Shown here: one piece after another, positions 37,502 through 46,951 of the stretch | Position numbering within the stretch: the stretch's first letter is position 1 | How the letters are laid out: each line of letters begins with the position of its first letter | IMG/VR virus record: IMGVR_UViG_3300025120_014869 | Location: 1 to 64,000 of that record | From: a virus | Length of the DNA stretch: 64,000 nt | Direction: 5' to 3' (one strand) | The notes under the pieces: generated by a model | Databases searched by the model: none | Seen by the model: the letters and a program-made list of their open reading frames with translations, nothing else | What the model was told of the DNA's origin: nothing | Program-made: the position numbers and the translations under genes

Positions 37502-37989
37502 ATATAAGACAAGCAAAATTAAAAAATTTACAAGAAATAGAAAAAATACATTTTATGCATTTTGTGTATAAAAATACTGATTCATTTATAATGAATACAT
37601 TCGGCCATGTATGGTCTAGTAGAGATTGGTGGAATAAATTTCCTATACAAGTATGTTTAGATGAAAATAATAAAGTTTTAGGATTACATGCATATACAGT
37701 TAATGATAAAAAACCTAAAACTCTTAAAACGTATTATATAGTAACTGAAAAAAATACAAGAGGTAAAGGTATTGCAAGAATACTAATAACAAATGCTATT
37801 ATCGAAAATAAAGATAAGGTAGATAATTACTATGTTAATACTGATAAGAATAGTGATGGAGCTTTATTTTATTTGAAATGGTTAGGTAATAATTTTAAGA
37901 AAGAAAAGAATGATTTTAATTCAGAAGATATGATCTTCGAGGAACCGATTTATAATATAATAGATGAAGAAGCTAAAGACGACAGGTAA
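37498..37989 (+). CDS. GNAT-family acetyltransferase
   Basis: Motif A VTEKNTRGKGIARILI; NSDGALFY. Confidence 0.7.
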   Translation: MNIRQAKLKNLQEIEKIHFMHFVYKNTDSFIMNTFGHVWSSRDWWNKFPIQVCLDENNKVLGLHAYTVNDKKPKTLKTYYIVTEKNTRGKGIARILITNAIIENKDKVDNYYVNTDKNSDGALFYLKWLGNNFKKEKNDFNSEDMIFEEPIYNIIDEEAKDDR

Positions 37990-38302
37990 ACCGCGTCAGT
38001 TTGATACTGGTGCTCAAAGAGATGCTGCAGATGATAAACTTCGTATGAGTTTAGTCCCTCATAAAGCTCTTAATGATGTTATGATGAGATACTTGCAAGG
38101 TGCTAATACTTACGGAGAAAATAATTGGAAAAAAGGTATGAAGCATTCTATACTATATGATAGTACTATGAGACATTTAATGCAAGACTTTACAGGAGAT
38201 GATAGTGAAGATCATTTAGGAGCTGCATTATGGAATGTTATGGGTATGATATGGAATAGAGATAATCGAAAAGATATGGATGATAGGAAAGATTATGAGT
38301 AA
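37964..38302 (+). CDS. dATP/dGTP diphosphohydrolase (DUF5664-like)
   Basis: FDTGAQRD, KLRMSLVP, GANTYGENNWKKG, RHL, EDHLGAALWN. Confidence 0.82.
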   Translation: MKKLKTTGKPRQFDTGAQRDAADDKLRMSLVPHKALNDVMMRYLQGANTYGENNWKKGMKHSILYDSTMRHLMQDFTGDDSEDHLGAALWNVMGMIWNRDNRKDMDDRKDYE

Positions 38303-38960
38303 AATTTTAATAGCTGGTACAGGTAAAGGTAAAAAAGAGAACATGCCTTTATATAAATCTTTTAATGAACGTAATTTTAAAAACGCTGACATTAAAATTA
38401 AAGAAAATAATACGCAAAGTTTACAGAAAGTATATAACAATTTTTTGGCATACGCGAGAGATAATGGCTATAGTTATCTCATTCTTATTCATGATGATGT
38501 TTATATTAATTGCGATGATCTTGAGCATAGGGTCTATAAAAGTGGTGAGAAATATCCTGTTTTCGGTCTTGCTGGTACTAATACTTGTCGTCTCGATGGT
38601 CATGGCCTATGGCACTTAATGGGTGATCAATCAAACTTAAGAGGGTGTGTAGCTCATGGTAACCCAGATAAATATCATTATACTTCTTTCGGACCTATAC
38701 CTGATAGAGTTATTTTAATTGATGGAGTTTTAATTGGTATAAATCTAGAAAAGTTTTCTGATAAGGTTAAATGGGATGAAAGTTATCCGTCAAGATTTCA
38801 CTATTATGATCTTGATTTTTGTTTAGAGTGTAATCATAATAAGGTAGCAGTAGGTGTAGTGGATATACCTATCATTCATGAAAGCCCTGGTTTAACAAGT
38901 CCTAATGAAGAATTTTATAAAGGTAAAGAATATTTTAGAAATAAATGGAACAATCGATAA
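38295..38960 (+). CDS. GT-A fold glycosyltransferase-like protein
   Basis: YN, LIHDDV, GLAG, LIDGVLI, FHYYDLDFC, HESPG; likely start MSKIL. Confidence 0.75.
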   Translation: MSKILIAGTGKGKKENMPLYKSFNERNFKNADIKIKENNTQSLQKVYNNFLAYARDNGYSYLILIHDDVYINCDDLEHRVYKSGEKYPVFGLAGTNTCRLDGHGLWHLMGDQSNLRGCVAHGNPDKYHYTSFGPIPDRVILIDGVLIGINLEKFSDKVKWDESYPSRFHYYDLDFCLECNHNKVAVGVVDIPIIHESPGLTSPNEEFYKGKEYFRNKWNNR

Positions 38961-40285
38961 GTAGATTAAATTTAGATTATTATGAAGAAGTAATAATTTA
39001 TAAGAGTTTAACAAATGAGCAATATTTAGGGAAAATTATTGATCATTTAAAACCTGAGTATTTTAATAATAAGAATATTAAACAGATCTTTACTTTAATT
39101 AAAGATTTCTATATTAAACGTTCTACGTTACCTACTGTAACTGAAATTAAATCTTATCTTATTAACGATGAATTAAAATCTAGTTTTTTGCAAGTAGTAA
39201 AGAATTTTGCTAATATAGATAAAAATTTTAATGATAAAGAATTAGAATCTAATACTGAACGTTTTTTAAAAGAAAGGGCTATCTATAATACTATGCTTTC
39301 CGTTGCTGAGGATGTATCTTCAGGTAAAGTAGATACTAGTTATATTTTAGATAGTTTTGAAAAAAGCTGTAACGTTAATTTACAGAGTGAATATGGTTTA
39401 GATTTATTTGATGATATAGATGAATTAATTAAAGATCTTAATACTGAGCAACCTACTATACCTAGTGGATGGGAGTTTTTAGATAAAAAGATAGATGGTG
39501 GGTTTATGGAGAATGGTAAAGCTTTATATGTATTCGCAGGTGAAACTAATGTTGGTAAAAGTATATTTTTAGGTAATATAGCTTGCAATATAGCAAGACA
39601 AGGTAAAACGGTTTTAGTTATTAGTTTAGAAATGCCTGAACTTGTATATGCTAAACGTTTATCATCTAATATTACAAGAATACCTATGAGAGATTTAAGA
39701 GTAGAAAGTAAAAATCTAAGATTTCAAATAGATGCTCATAGTAAAGGTAATCCTGAAAGTAAAATACTTATTAAAGAGTTTCCTCCTAATACTGTAACTC
39801 CTCAAAATATTCAAGGTTATTTAACTGAATTAAAAAATAAAGGGATTGAATTAGATGCTATAGTTTTAGATTACCTTAATCTATTAAAGAGCCATGAAGG
39901 TAGTAATTCATATGAAAGAATTAAACATATAACTGAAGATGTAAGAGCTTTAAGTTATGTATTTGAATGCCCTATTATATCAGCTACTCAATTGAATCGA
40001 TCTGGCTATGATGAAGAAAATCCTGGTTTAGATACTATATCTGAATCAATTGGAATGGCTGCTACTGCTGATTGTATTTTTAGTATTTTTCAAGATGAAG
40101 AAGATAAAGAACTTGGTATAGTTAAAATGGGTATTATGAAAAATCGATTCGGTGCTAACTTCGGAAATACATCTTTACGTATTGATTATGATACGTTAAC
40201 AGTATCAGAAGATGAGATGTTAAACTCTGATTCAGGAGGTGATCTATCTGGTTTAACTGATACGTTGAGCGTGTTGAGTAATTAG
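38945..40285 (+). CDS. gp41: Replicative helicase gp41 (DnaB-like)
   Basis: GETNVGKS, SLEM, IKEFP, VLDYLNL, ATQLNR, SES, KNRFG. Confidence 0.93.
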   Translation: MEQSISRLNLDYYEEVIIYKSLTNEQYLGKIIDHLKPEYFNNKNIKQIFTLIKDFYIKRSTLPTVTEIKSYLINDELKSSFLQVVKNFANIDKNFNDKELESNTERFLKERAIYNTMLSVAEDVSSGKVDTSYILDSFEKSCNVNLQSEYGLDLFDDIDELIKDLNTEQPTIPSGWEFLDKKIDGGFMENGKALYVFAGETNVGKSIFLGNIACNIARQGKTVLVISLEMPELVYAKRLSSNITRIPMRDLRVESKNLRFQIDAHSKGNPESKILIKEFPPNTVTPQNIQGYLTELKNKGIELDAIVLDYLNLLKSHEGSNSYERIKHITEDVRALSYVFECPIISATQLNRSGYDEENPGLDTISESIGMAATADCIFSIFQDEEDKELGIVKMGIMKNRFGANFGNTSLRIDYDTLTVSEDEMLNSDSGGDLSGLTDTLSVLSN

Positions 40286-40307
40286 AAAGAGGAACTAAAT
40301 AAAATAA

Positions 40308-40700
40308 ATGTCTGATAGAGATAGTGTTATATACATAAAAAAATATATCGATGAATATAGTTCAGTAAAAGAATTCGTAAGTATCGATAAAATTTTTAGT
40401 GAAAATATAAAATTAGGTGATAAAGATTATGAAGTAGGTGGTGTATTTTTCAATGATAACCCTAATTTAATAGCTAATTATATTTTTGATAACTATGACA
40501 TTAAAATAGATATATTATTTTTAATAAATTTAGAGAAAAAAATAGTTATATTGCGTAAAAATAAAAAAGTAGATATAGATTTAAGTAAATTAGCTAAACA
40601 ATTATCTAAAGGTGGAGGAAAAACGTATATAGCCGGTTGCATATTAAATGATAAAATAATAAACTTAACGAAATTATTAAAACCTTTACATGAGAAATAA
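40308..40700 (+). CDS. Stand-alone DHHA1-like domain protein
   Basis: LRK...IDLSKLAKQLSKGGGKTYIAGC resembles DHHA1 GGGHxxAAG. Confidence 0.5.
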   Translation: MSDRDSVIYIKKYIDEYSSVKEFVSIDKIFSENIKLGDKDYEVGGVFFNDNPNLIANYIFDNYDIKIDILFLINLEKKIVILRKNKKVDIDLSKLAKQLSKGGGKTYIAGCILNDKIINLTKLLKPLHEK

Positions 40701-40974
40701 CATACCATTCGATAATATACAAGATGAAGAGTTTCAAAAAAGTTTTTATTCTTTTTGCACTTTCGTATCTTTAATGCATGATAAAAAAATGAATTTCGCT
40801 ACAATTTTTTTAAAAATATTAGAAAATAAAGCATTAAGAGATATCTTTGTTAGCATAATAGACGAAGAAAATGAATTTAATGCAATTAAAAAATATGTCA
40901 TCACTGAACCCTCAATAACAAAAAGTAAATACGTAACTAAATTTTTGAACAAATTTGATGGATTAAATGACTGA
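40690..40974 (+). CDS. Hypothetical protein
   Basis: 94-aa ORF coupled to neighbours. Confidence 0.6.
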   Translation: MRNNIPFDNIQDEEFQKSFYSFCTFVSLMHDKKMNFATIFLKILENKALRDIFVSIIDEENEFNAIKKYVITEPSITKSKYVTKFLNKFDGLND

Positions 40975-41590
40975 TTTTGAAAAACTAATTTATAACCATT
41001 TTCTAGAAGTAAGTAAAAAGGTAAATAATAAACCGGTAAGATATAGAAAAGATTTTTCTAATTTTAGTGATGAAGATTATATTTACGTTAATAAGCTTTC
41101 AAGATTTTTTAATAAATTTAAAAATATTAATATAAAAGACTTCTTTGAAGCTCCTTATTTTGTATATAATGAAAACTACTTTAGTTTAAAGTTTTATCTT
41201 TCACCTAAAGCTATTAAAGCCTATACAAATTATAGTGATAATTATATTTTAAATAATCCGGATAGTATTCAAACATTACAAAAGTTAAAAGATTCTATTA
41301 CCTTTATCTACGAGTATTGTAAAAAAAATAATTTAAAAGTTATCGATTATTTGAAATATAAAGAAGGAAGCTATAATGTATTCTTAAAGCATATTAAAGA
41401 AAGAAATGTTAATTTTTTTATATTGTTTAGTTTTAGAGATTTTTCAGATGTAACTGATAAAATTGAAAATGATATAAAAGATATCTATAGTAGCAATTTT
41501 TCTAAAGTTAATTATATACGTACAAAATATTATGCAAGCTCTAAAGCAAAAAAAATTATTAATAATTTTAAAAAATATATTGAAAACTAA
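40967..41590 (+). CDS. Hypothetical protein, possibly gp59-like helicase loader
   Basis: Basic/aromatic 207 aa immediately upstream of gp32; function inferred from synteny and size only. Confidence 0.4.
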   Translation: MTDFEKLIYNHFLEVSKKVNNKPVRYRKDFSNFSDEDYIYVNKLSRFFNKFKNINIKDFFEAPYFVYNENYFSLKFYLSPKAIKAYTNYSDNYILNNPDSIQTLQKLKDSITFIYEYCKKNNLKVIDYLKYKEGSYNVFLKHIKERNVNFFILFSFRDFSDVTDKIENDIKDIYSSNFSKVNYIRTKYYASSKAKKIINNFKKYIEN

Positions 41591-41608
41591 GAGGAACGTA
41601 TCTATAAT
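41580..41608 (+). promoter_or_regulatory. sigma70-type promoter with AGGAAC element (gp32)
   Basis: TTGAAA-17-TATAAT-6-ATG; AGGAAC at 41592-41597. Confidence 0.65.
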
Positions 41609-41614
41609 AGTAGT

Positions 41615-42472
41615 ATGAGTATAACGAGTTCAATGTTTGATAGTATAAAGTCAGCCTTAGCAGCTGATAACGAGAGTAGTAAAAGTGGTATAGCCGATAT
41701 CCTTAAAACTGAAGTAGGTAATACATATACAGTTAGATTACTACCCTTTGGTAAAGATCCGAAAAAGACGTTTTTTCATTTTTACCAGCATGGTTGGAAT
41801 AGTTTTGCAACAGGTCAATATACAAGTGCCCTATCTTTGCAAACGTTTGGTGAAAGAGATCCTATAGCTGAAGAAAGATTTAAGATCTTACGTACAGGTT
41901 CTGATGAAGAGAAAGAAAAAGCTAAAGCTATTATGAGATCAGAAAAATGGTTAGTTAATATATATGTTGTTAATGATCCGGTTAATCCTGAAAATAATGG
42001 TAAGATTAAAGTATTAAGATATGGTAAGCAGATTCATAATATTATTATGGATGCGATTGAAGGTGAAGATTCAGCTGATTTCGGTCCTCGTATCTTTGAT
42101 TTAGGTCCTAATGGAGTTAATTTTAGAGTTAAAGTTGAGAAGCAAGGTGATTATCCTACTTATGTTTCATCTAAGTTTGCAATGCCTAGTTCAATTGATG
42201 GATTAGATGAAGATGAAGATGCGCATAAGAAAGTGTATGATAATGTAATTGACTTAACTACTGTATTTACAGCAAAAAGTTATGATGATTTAAAAACTAT
42301 GTTAGATGAGCATTTTTACGTTGGTGATAATACTAAAGTAGAAGAAACTACAGTTAATGAAATAGTAAGCCAACCTGTTATTACTAATACCGCTCCTCCT
42401 GTTCAAGAAGAAAAGAAATCAGAAAGCGAAGATGAAGTATTGAAGGAATTACTTGATGGGTTAGATGTATAA
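41615..42472 (+). CDS. gp32: Single-stranded DNA-binding protein gp32
   Basis: VRLLP, HGW, DPI, NIYVVNDPVNPENNGK, YGKQI, GxNF, acidic tail. Confidence 0.88.
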   Translation: MSITSSMFDSIKSALAADNESSKSGIADILKTEVGNTYTVRLLPFGKDPKKTFFHFYQHGWNSFATGQYTSALSLQTFGERDPIAEERFKILRTGSDEEKEKAKAIMRSEKWLVNIYVVNDPVNPENNGKIKVLRYGKQIHNIIMDAIEGEDSADFGPRIFDLGPNGVNFRVKVEKQGDYPTYVSSKFAMPSSIDGLDEDEDAHKKVYDNVIDLTTVFTAKSYDDLKTMLDEHFYVGDNTKVEETTVNEIVSQPVITNTAPPVQEEKKSESEDEVLKELLDGLDV

Positions 42473-42969
42473 TGTCTCAAGACGATATCAGAAAACAGCA
42501 TGAGGAAGATCAAGCGGTACTAGCGTTTTTAGGCGGAACTTATGGGGAACTCAAACAGCTAGACGGTCATATTGTTGGCCGTTCTAGCACCCTAGCCCCT
42601 AGAAGTGAAGAAACAAAAAAGGTAGTTGAGGAGTTTGTTAAATCTAAACAACAAGCTCCAAGACCTGCTCCTCCACCTCCTCCACCAACCCCTCCTCCAG
42701 TTGAAATCCAACAGCAAGAGATAGTTCAACAAGTAGATCAACATACGATAGTACCACCGGAAATTCAAGATGATGAACCGTTCAATGACGATCAATTAAC
42801 GTTTAATTTTGACGTAACTGAAAAGGATTTACTATTTGATAAGATTGATAAATTAACTACACAAGTCGATAAATTACATCGTAAAGTCGATAAGTTGTTT
42901 AATGAGTTGAAGACGCCAGTAAAAAAGCAGTCAAAAAAAAAATCAGTTGAACCTAAAGAGGAAAACTAA
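42472..42969 (+). CDS. Hypothetical proline-rich protein
   Basis: PPPPPPTPPP, DDQLTFNF, coiled coil. Confidence 0.65.
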   Translation: MSQDDIRKQHEEDQAVLAFLGGTYGELKQLDGHIVGRSSTLAPRSEETKKVVEEFVKSKQQAPRPAPPPPPPTPPPVEIQQQEIVQQVDQHTIVPPEIQDDEPFNDDQLTFNFDVTEKDLLFDKIDKLTTQVDKLHRKVDKLFNELKTPVKKQSKKKSVEPKEEN

Positions 42970-42986
42970 TATAATAAAGCATATAT

Positions 42987-43715
42987 ATGGCTTATTTAAA
43001 AATAAAAAATAAAAAAGATTTTATATCTAATTTCTTAGGACCTATTTCCAATCTTAATGAAACTTGTATATTAGAAGTAAAAGATAATAAATTAATATCA
43101 ATATTAGCTTCTGCTGATAGTACGATTGTATGTAAAGGTGAAGTAGAGATTGAGTGTGATATAGAAACTAAAATTAATATACCTGATATAAAAAAGTTTA
43201 TACGTGTATTAGAGATTATACCTACTGCAGATATAGAATTGAATATTAGTAGTAATAATATTTCTTATAATAAAGATGGTTATAAATTTAGATATCATTT
43301 ATTAGATGATGGTATTATAAAACAACCTTCTCTTAATATTGATAAAGTTAATAAACTAACTTTTGATACATCTTTTGAAGTAAAAGAAAATAATTTAAGT
43401 ACTATATTTAAAGGTAGTTCATTTGCTACTGAAACTTCTAAAATTTATCTTTATGAAGAGGGTGAAAAGATATATGGAGAGTTAGGTGATAGAAATAGAC
43501 ATAATTCAGATAACTTTGTATGTGTATTAAGTGAAGAATATAACGGTAGTTTACCAAAGGCTTTACCTATTAATTTTGATTCTTTTAGATTGATTAGTTT
43601 TTCAGGTAGTAAAAATATTAAGTTTAATGTCAATACTGAAATGGGTGTGATTACATGCACTTTTGATAAAGGTGATACATCATTGATTTATATTATATCA
43701 GCATTAATTAATTAA
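42987..43715 (+). CDS. gp45: Sliding clamp gp45-like
   Basis: 242 aa, INIPDIKKF, beta-rich clamp-like pattern, replication cluster context. Confidence 0.65.
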   Translation: MAYLKIKNKKDFISNFLGPISNLNETCILEVKDNKLISILASADSTIVCKGEVEIECDIETKINIPDIKKFIRVLEIIPTADIELNISSNNISYNKDGYKFRYHLLDDGIIKQPSLNIDKVNKLTFDTSFEVKENNLSTIFKGSSFATETSKIYLYEEGEKIYGELGDRNRHNSDNFVCVLSEEYNGSLPKALPINFDSFRLISFSGSKNIKFNVNTEMGVITCTFDKGDTSLIYIISALIN

Positions 43716-43716
43716 T

Positions 43717-44073
43717 ATGAAGAAAGATTGGTCTGAACATAAAGTTAAAAATAAAATTAAAACTGCTGGTTATTTTATTAAAAGATTAAAAGATAACGGT
43801 TTTGTAGTTTTTAAAATGTTCAATGCATATGCTAAAAGTGATCCAAGAAGATGGTCAGTTTTAGTAGATCCAGGTAATCATAGTGTATATGTAACTTGTT
43901 TTACCAATAAAGAACAAAAAGGTGAAGTATTATTTGAATTTGACGATGGAGGTAATCATTTTAATAAAGGGTTTTACCTTAAAACTGATAGTATAGAAGT
44001 TATTATTAATTTATTATTAGAAAAAGGCATTAATAATGATGCAACAGTTAATCCATTTGGTTTAATTAAATAA
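43717..44073 (+). CDS. Hypothetical protein
   Basis: 118-aa ORF; DPRRWSVLVDPG. Confidence 0.65.
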   Translation: MKKDWSEHKVKNKIKTAGYFIKRLKDNGFVVFKMFNAYAKSDPRRWSVLVDPGNHSVYVTCFTNKEQKGEVLFEFDDGGNHFNKGFYLKTDSIEVIINLLLEKGINNDATVNPFGLIK

Positions 44074-44077
44074 TTAC

Positions 44078-44410
44078 ATGGAATCTAACGATGACAGTTT
44101 AGATAATAAAAATAAAAAGCCTGCTAAGAAGAAAAAAATTATAGTTAAGGATGTTATTGATATCAAAACTGAAGAAGTTCTTAAAGAAGCATTAAGAAGA
44201 GTTGTTAGAGAAAAAATAAAAGAAAGAAATTGTGATGATGAAATAGAAGCAATGGTTGCTACTTGCTCAGAGTTTTTAAAATCTTTTATTGTTATGGGAT
44301 ACGATTTTGAAGGAAACGCTATTAAACCAATTTTTTATGGTAAATCAGATTCTGATAAGGATGCGTTAATGTACTACCTTCAAACCTATTTTATGACTGG
44401 ACATCAGTAA
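44078..44410 (+). CDS. Hypothetical late protein
   Basis: TAAATA-5-ATG. Confidence 0.6.
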   Translation: MESNDDSLDNKNKKPAKKKKIIVKDVIDIKTEEVLKEALRRVVREKIKERNCDDEIEAMVATCSEFLKSFIVMGYDFEGNAIKPIFYGKSDSDKDALMYYLQTYFMTGHQ

Positions 44411-44431
44411 TTTTTATATTAAAATATATTA

Positions 44432-45295
44432 GTGAAAGTTTTAATTTTAGGTAAGGGATATATATCTAATTTTCTGGTAGATATTTTTAAAGGTAAAGGT
44501 TATAAGGTAGATAATTTTTCTAGAAAAGAATTAGATTATACTGATGACGATGAACTTTATAGTGTTATATCAACAGAACCATATGAAGCAGTAATTAATA
44601 CAGCAGGTTTTACAGGAAAACCTAACGTTGATGAATGTGAAGTTAGAAGACAAGAATGCTTTAATTTAAATGTAAAGTTACCTAAAACAATAGAAAATAT
44701 ATGCAAACTATGCGACGTAAATTTCGTTCATATAAGTTCAGGTTGTATATATACAGGGTATGAAAAGGAATATACTGAAGAAGATGAACCTAACTTTGGA
44801 TTATTTAACGATGAGGCTAGTTTTTATAGTAAAACTAAACATGCTGGAGAAATGATGTTAGATGATCAATTTACTAATATTATTCGAATAAGAATGCCTA
44901 TAGAAGATAAATTATCTCCTAAAAATTTATTAACTAAATTATTAAAATATGATTTTCTTATTGATTTTGTGAATAGTAAGACAGATGTGTATAAATTAAG
45001 TGAGTTTGTATTTACTGTAGTTGAAAACTTTAAAGCTGGTATTTATAATGCTGTACATAGCAACCCTCTTTCGACGAAAGATGTTGTAGAAATTTTAAAA
45101 GAATATGAATTAGTTAACGAAAATTGGAATTTTATACCTTATGATGAATTAGATATTAAGGCTAATAGAAGTAATTGTGTTCTTAATAATGATAAATCAT
45201 ATGATGACTTTAATTTTGAGTGGGGAGATGAGGAAACTTACTTAAGACTTAACGCATCGTTAATTTCAAATAGAGAAAAATGGAATGATAAATAA
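44432..45295 (+). CDS. NDP-4-keto-6-deoxyglucose epimerase/reductase (RmlD/NRS-ER-like)
   Basis: GxGYI, AGFTGKPNVDECE, SSGCIY, FYSKTK, RIRMP. Confidence 0.8.
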   Translation: MKVLILGKGYISNFLVDIFKGKGYKVDNFSRKELDYTDDDELYSVISTEPYEAVINTAGFTGKPNVDECEVRRQECFNLNVKLPKTIENICKLCDVNFVHISSGCIYTGYEKEYTEEDEPNFGLFNDEASFYSKTKHAGEMMLDDQFTNIIRIRMPIEDKLSPKNLLTKLLKYDFLIDFVNSKTDVYKLSEFVFTVVENFKAGIYNAVHSNPLSTKDVVEILKEYELVNENWNFIPYDELDIKANRSNCVLNNDKSYDDFNFEWGDEETYLRLNASLISNREKWNDK

Positions 45296-45755
45296 TAAAC
45301 AAGAAATATTAGGGTTTACTGCAGGTAATTTTGACCTACTGCATCCAGGTTATATATACACGTTTGAAGAAGCAAAAAGACATTGTGATAAATTTATAGT
45401 GTTTTTACAAAGAGATCCTTCTCAAACTAGATTTACAAAATATAAACCTGTTATACCGTATTATGAACGATATAAAACATTAATGGCTATCCAATACATA
45501 GATGATGTTTATATGTACCAAACTGAAGAAGAACTTGTAGAATTAATTGCTTTCTTTAAACCTGATATACGTATATTAGGAGAAGATTATATAGGTAAAA
45601 AATTTACAGGTCATGATATCTTTATAACGCATAAGATACATCCACCTAAAGTCATATATACAACAAGATCGCATGAATGGTCTACAACAAAGATTAAAGA
45701 TTTAATTACAAGACAAACATTAAAACAAAATCCTGATATTTTAAAAGATGAGTAA
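45285..45755 (+). CDS. TagD-like cytidylyltransferase
   Basis: AGNFDLLHPGY, KPVI, ER, LGEDY, STT. Confidence 0.8.
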   Translation: MINNKQEILGFTAGNFDLLHPGYIYTFEEAKRHCDKFIVFLQRDPSQTRFTKYKPVIPYYERYKTLMAIQYIDDVYMYQTEEELVELIAFFKPDIRILGEDYIGKKFTGHDIFITHKIHPPKVIYTTRSHEWSTTKIKDLITRQTLKQNPDILKDE

Positions 45756-46701
45756 AAAAAACATATTAGTAACTGGAGGGTATGGATTTATCGGTGGTAA
45801 TTTTATACGATTCCTTAAAGACAATTTTGATCATAATATAGTATGTGTAGATAAGAACGGTTATGCTTCTAATCCGGAATATATTAAAGGTATATGTGAT
45901 GAAGAATATGAGATTGATATTGCAAGACATACCAATGCATTAGAAGAAGTATTTAAAACGCATGATAAATTTGATTATATTTTTCATTTAGCAGCTGAGT
46001 CACATGTAGATAATAGTATTTCAGGTCCTACTGAATTTGTTTATTCTAATGTATTAGGTACGCAAAATCTATTAGAGCTATTCCGTAAACAAGAATATGG
46101 TAAATTTATACATATAAGTACTGATGAGGTTTACGGTCACTTAGGTTATAACGATCCATCATTTACAGAGGATAGTCCTATTGCACCTCGTTCTCCCTAT
46201 GCTGCAAGTAAGGCATCAAGCGATCTCATGTGTTTAAGTTATATTGAAACGTTTCAAAGTAATATATGTATAACAAGGTGTTGTAATAACTATGGACCTA
46301 ATCAGAATGCGGAAAAATTTATACCAACTATAATTAATAGTTTAAAAAATGGAAAGAAAATTCCAGTATATGGTGAAGGGTTAAATATTCGGGAATGGAT
46401 TCACGTGCATGATCATTGTTTAGGTATTTGGGCAGTTGCAACAAAAGGTAAAAAAGGTATATATAATATAGGATCTGGTTTTGAAATCTCTAATATTGAA
46501 TTAGTTGATTGTATTTGTCGTAAAATGGGTAGAGATATTGATGATAGTGTTAAGTTTGTTAAAGATAGATTAGGACATGATTTTAGATATAGTATTGATA
46601 GCACAAAATTAGATAATGAATTGTTATTTGAATTAAATTATCCTAATTTTGAAGATGAGATAGCAAAAGTTGTTGAGTATTATGAAAATCCGACAAGGTG
46701 A
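45748..46701 (+). CDS. rmlB: NDP-glucose 4,6-dehydratase
   Basis: TGGYGFIG, AAESHVD, STDEVYG, YAASK, NNYGP, REWIHV, DRLGHD. Confidence 0.92.
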   Translation: MSKKNILVTGGYGFIGGNFIRFLKDNFDHNIVCVDKNGYASNPEYIKGICDEEYEIDIARHTNALEEVFKTHDKFDYIFHLAAESHVDNSISGPTEFVYSNVLGTQNLLELFRKQEYGKFIHISTDEVYGHLGYNDPSFTEDSPIAPRSPYAASKASSDLMCLSYIETFQSNICITRCCNNYGPNQNAEKFIPTIINSLKNGKKIPVYGEGLNIREWIHVHDHCLGIWAVATKGKKGIYNIGSGFEISNIELVDCICRKMGRDIDDSVKFVKDRLGHDFRYSIDSTKLDNELLFELNYPNFEDEIAKVVEYYENPTR

Positions 46702-46951
46702 AGTGTTTGCATGTCATCACGGGCCTTATGCAGGTCAGATGTTTTGTTTCATTAATAGAAATAAAAAGGAACTGTTATATAATTTTCTTAGAATGCCTGA
46801 AATGATAACTACTTCAATATCACAAAAAGATTTTGATGATGGGTTAGATAAAGGTATAATAAAATTAGTTGAGAAAGTACCAAAGTACGTTTTTCAAGTA
46901 ATTGAAGCACAATATAAGAAAAATGAAAATACTGACGATAGACGGAAATAA
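46670..46951 (+). CDS. Hypothetical protein
   Basis: ORF coupled to neighbours. Confidence 0.55.
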   Translation: MLSIMKIRQGEVFACHHGPYAGQMFCFINRNKKELLYNFLRMPEMITTSISQKDFDDGLDKGIIKLVEKVPKYVFQVIEAQYKKNENTDDRRK

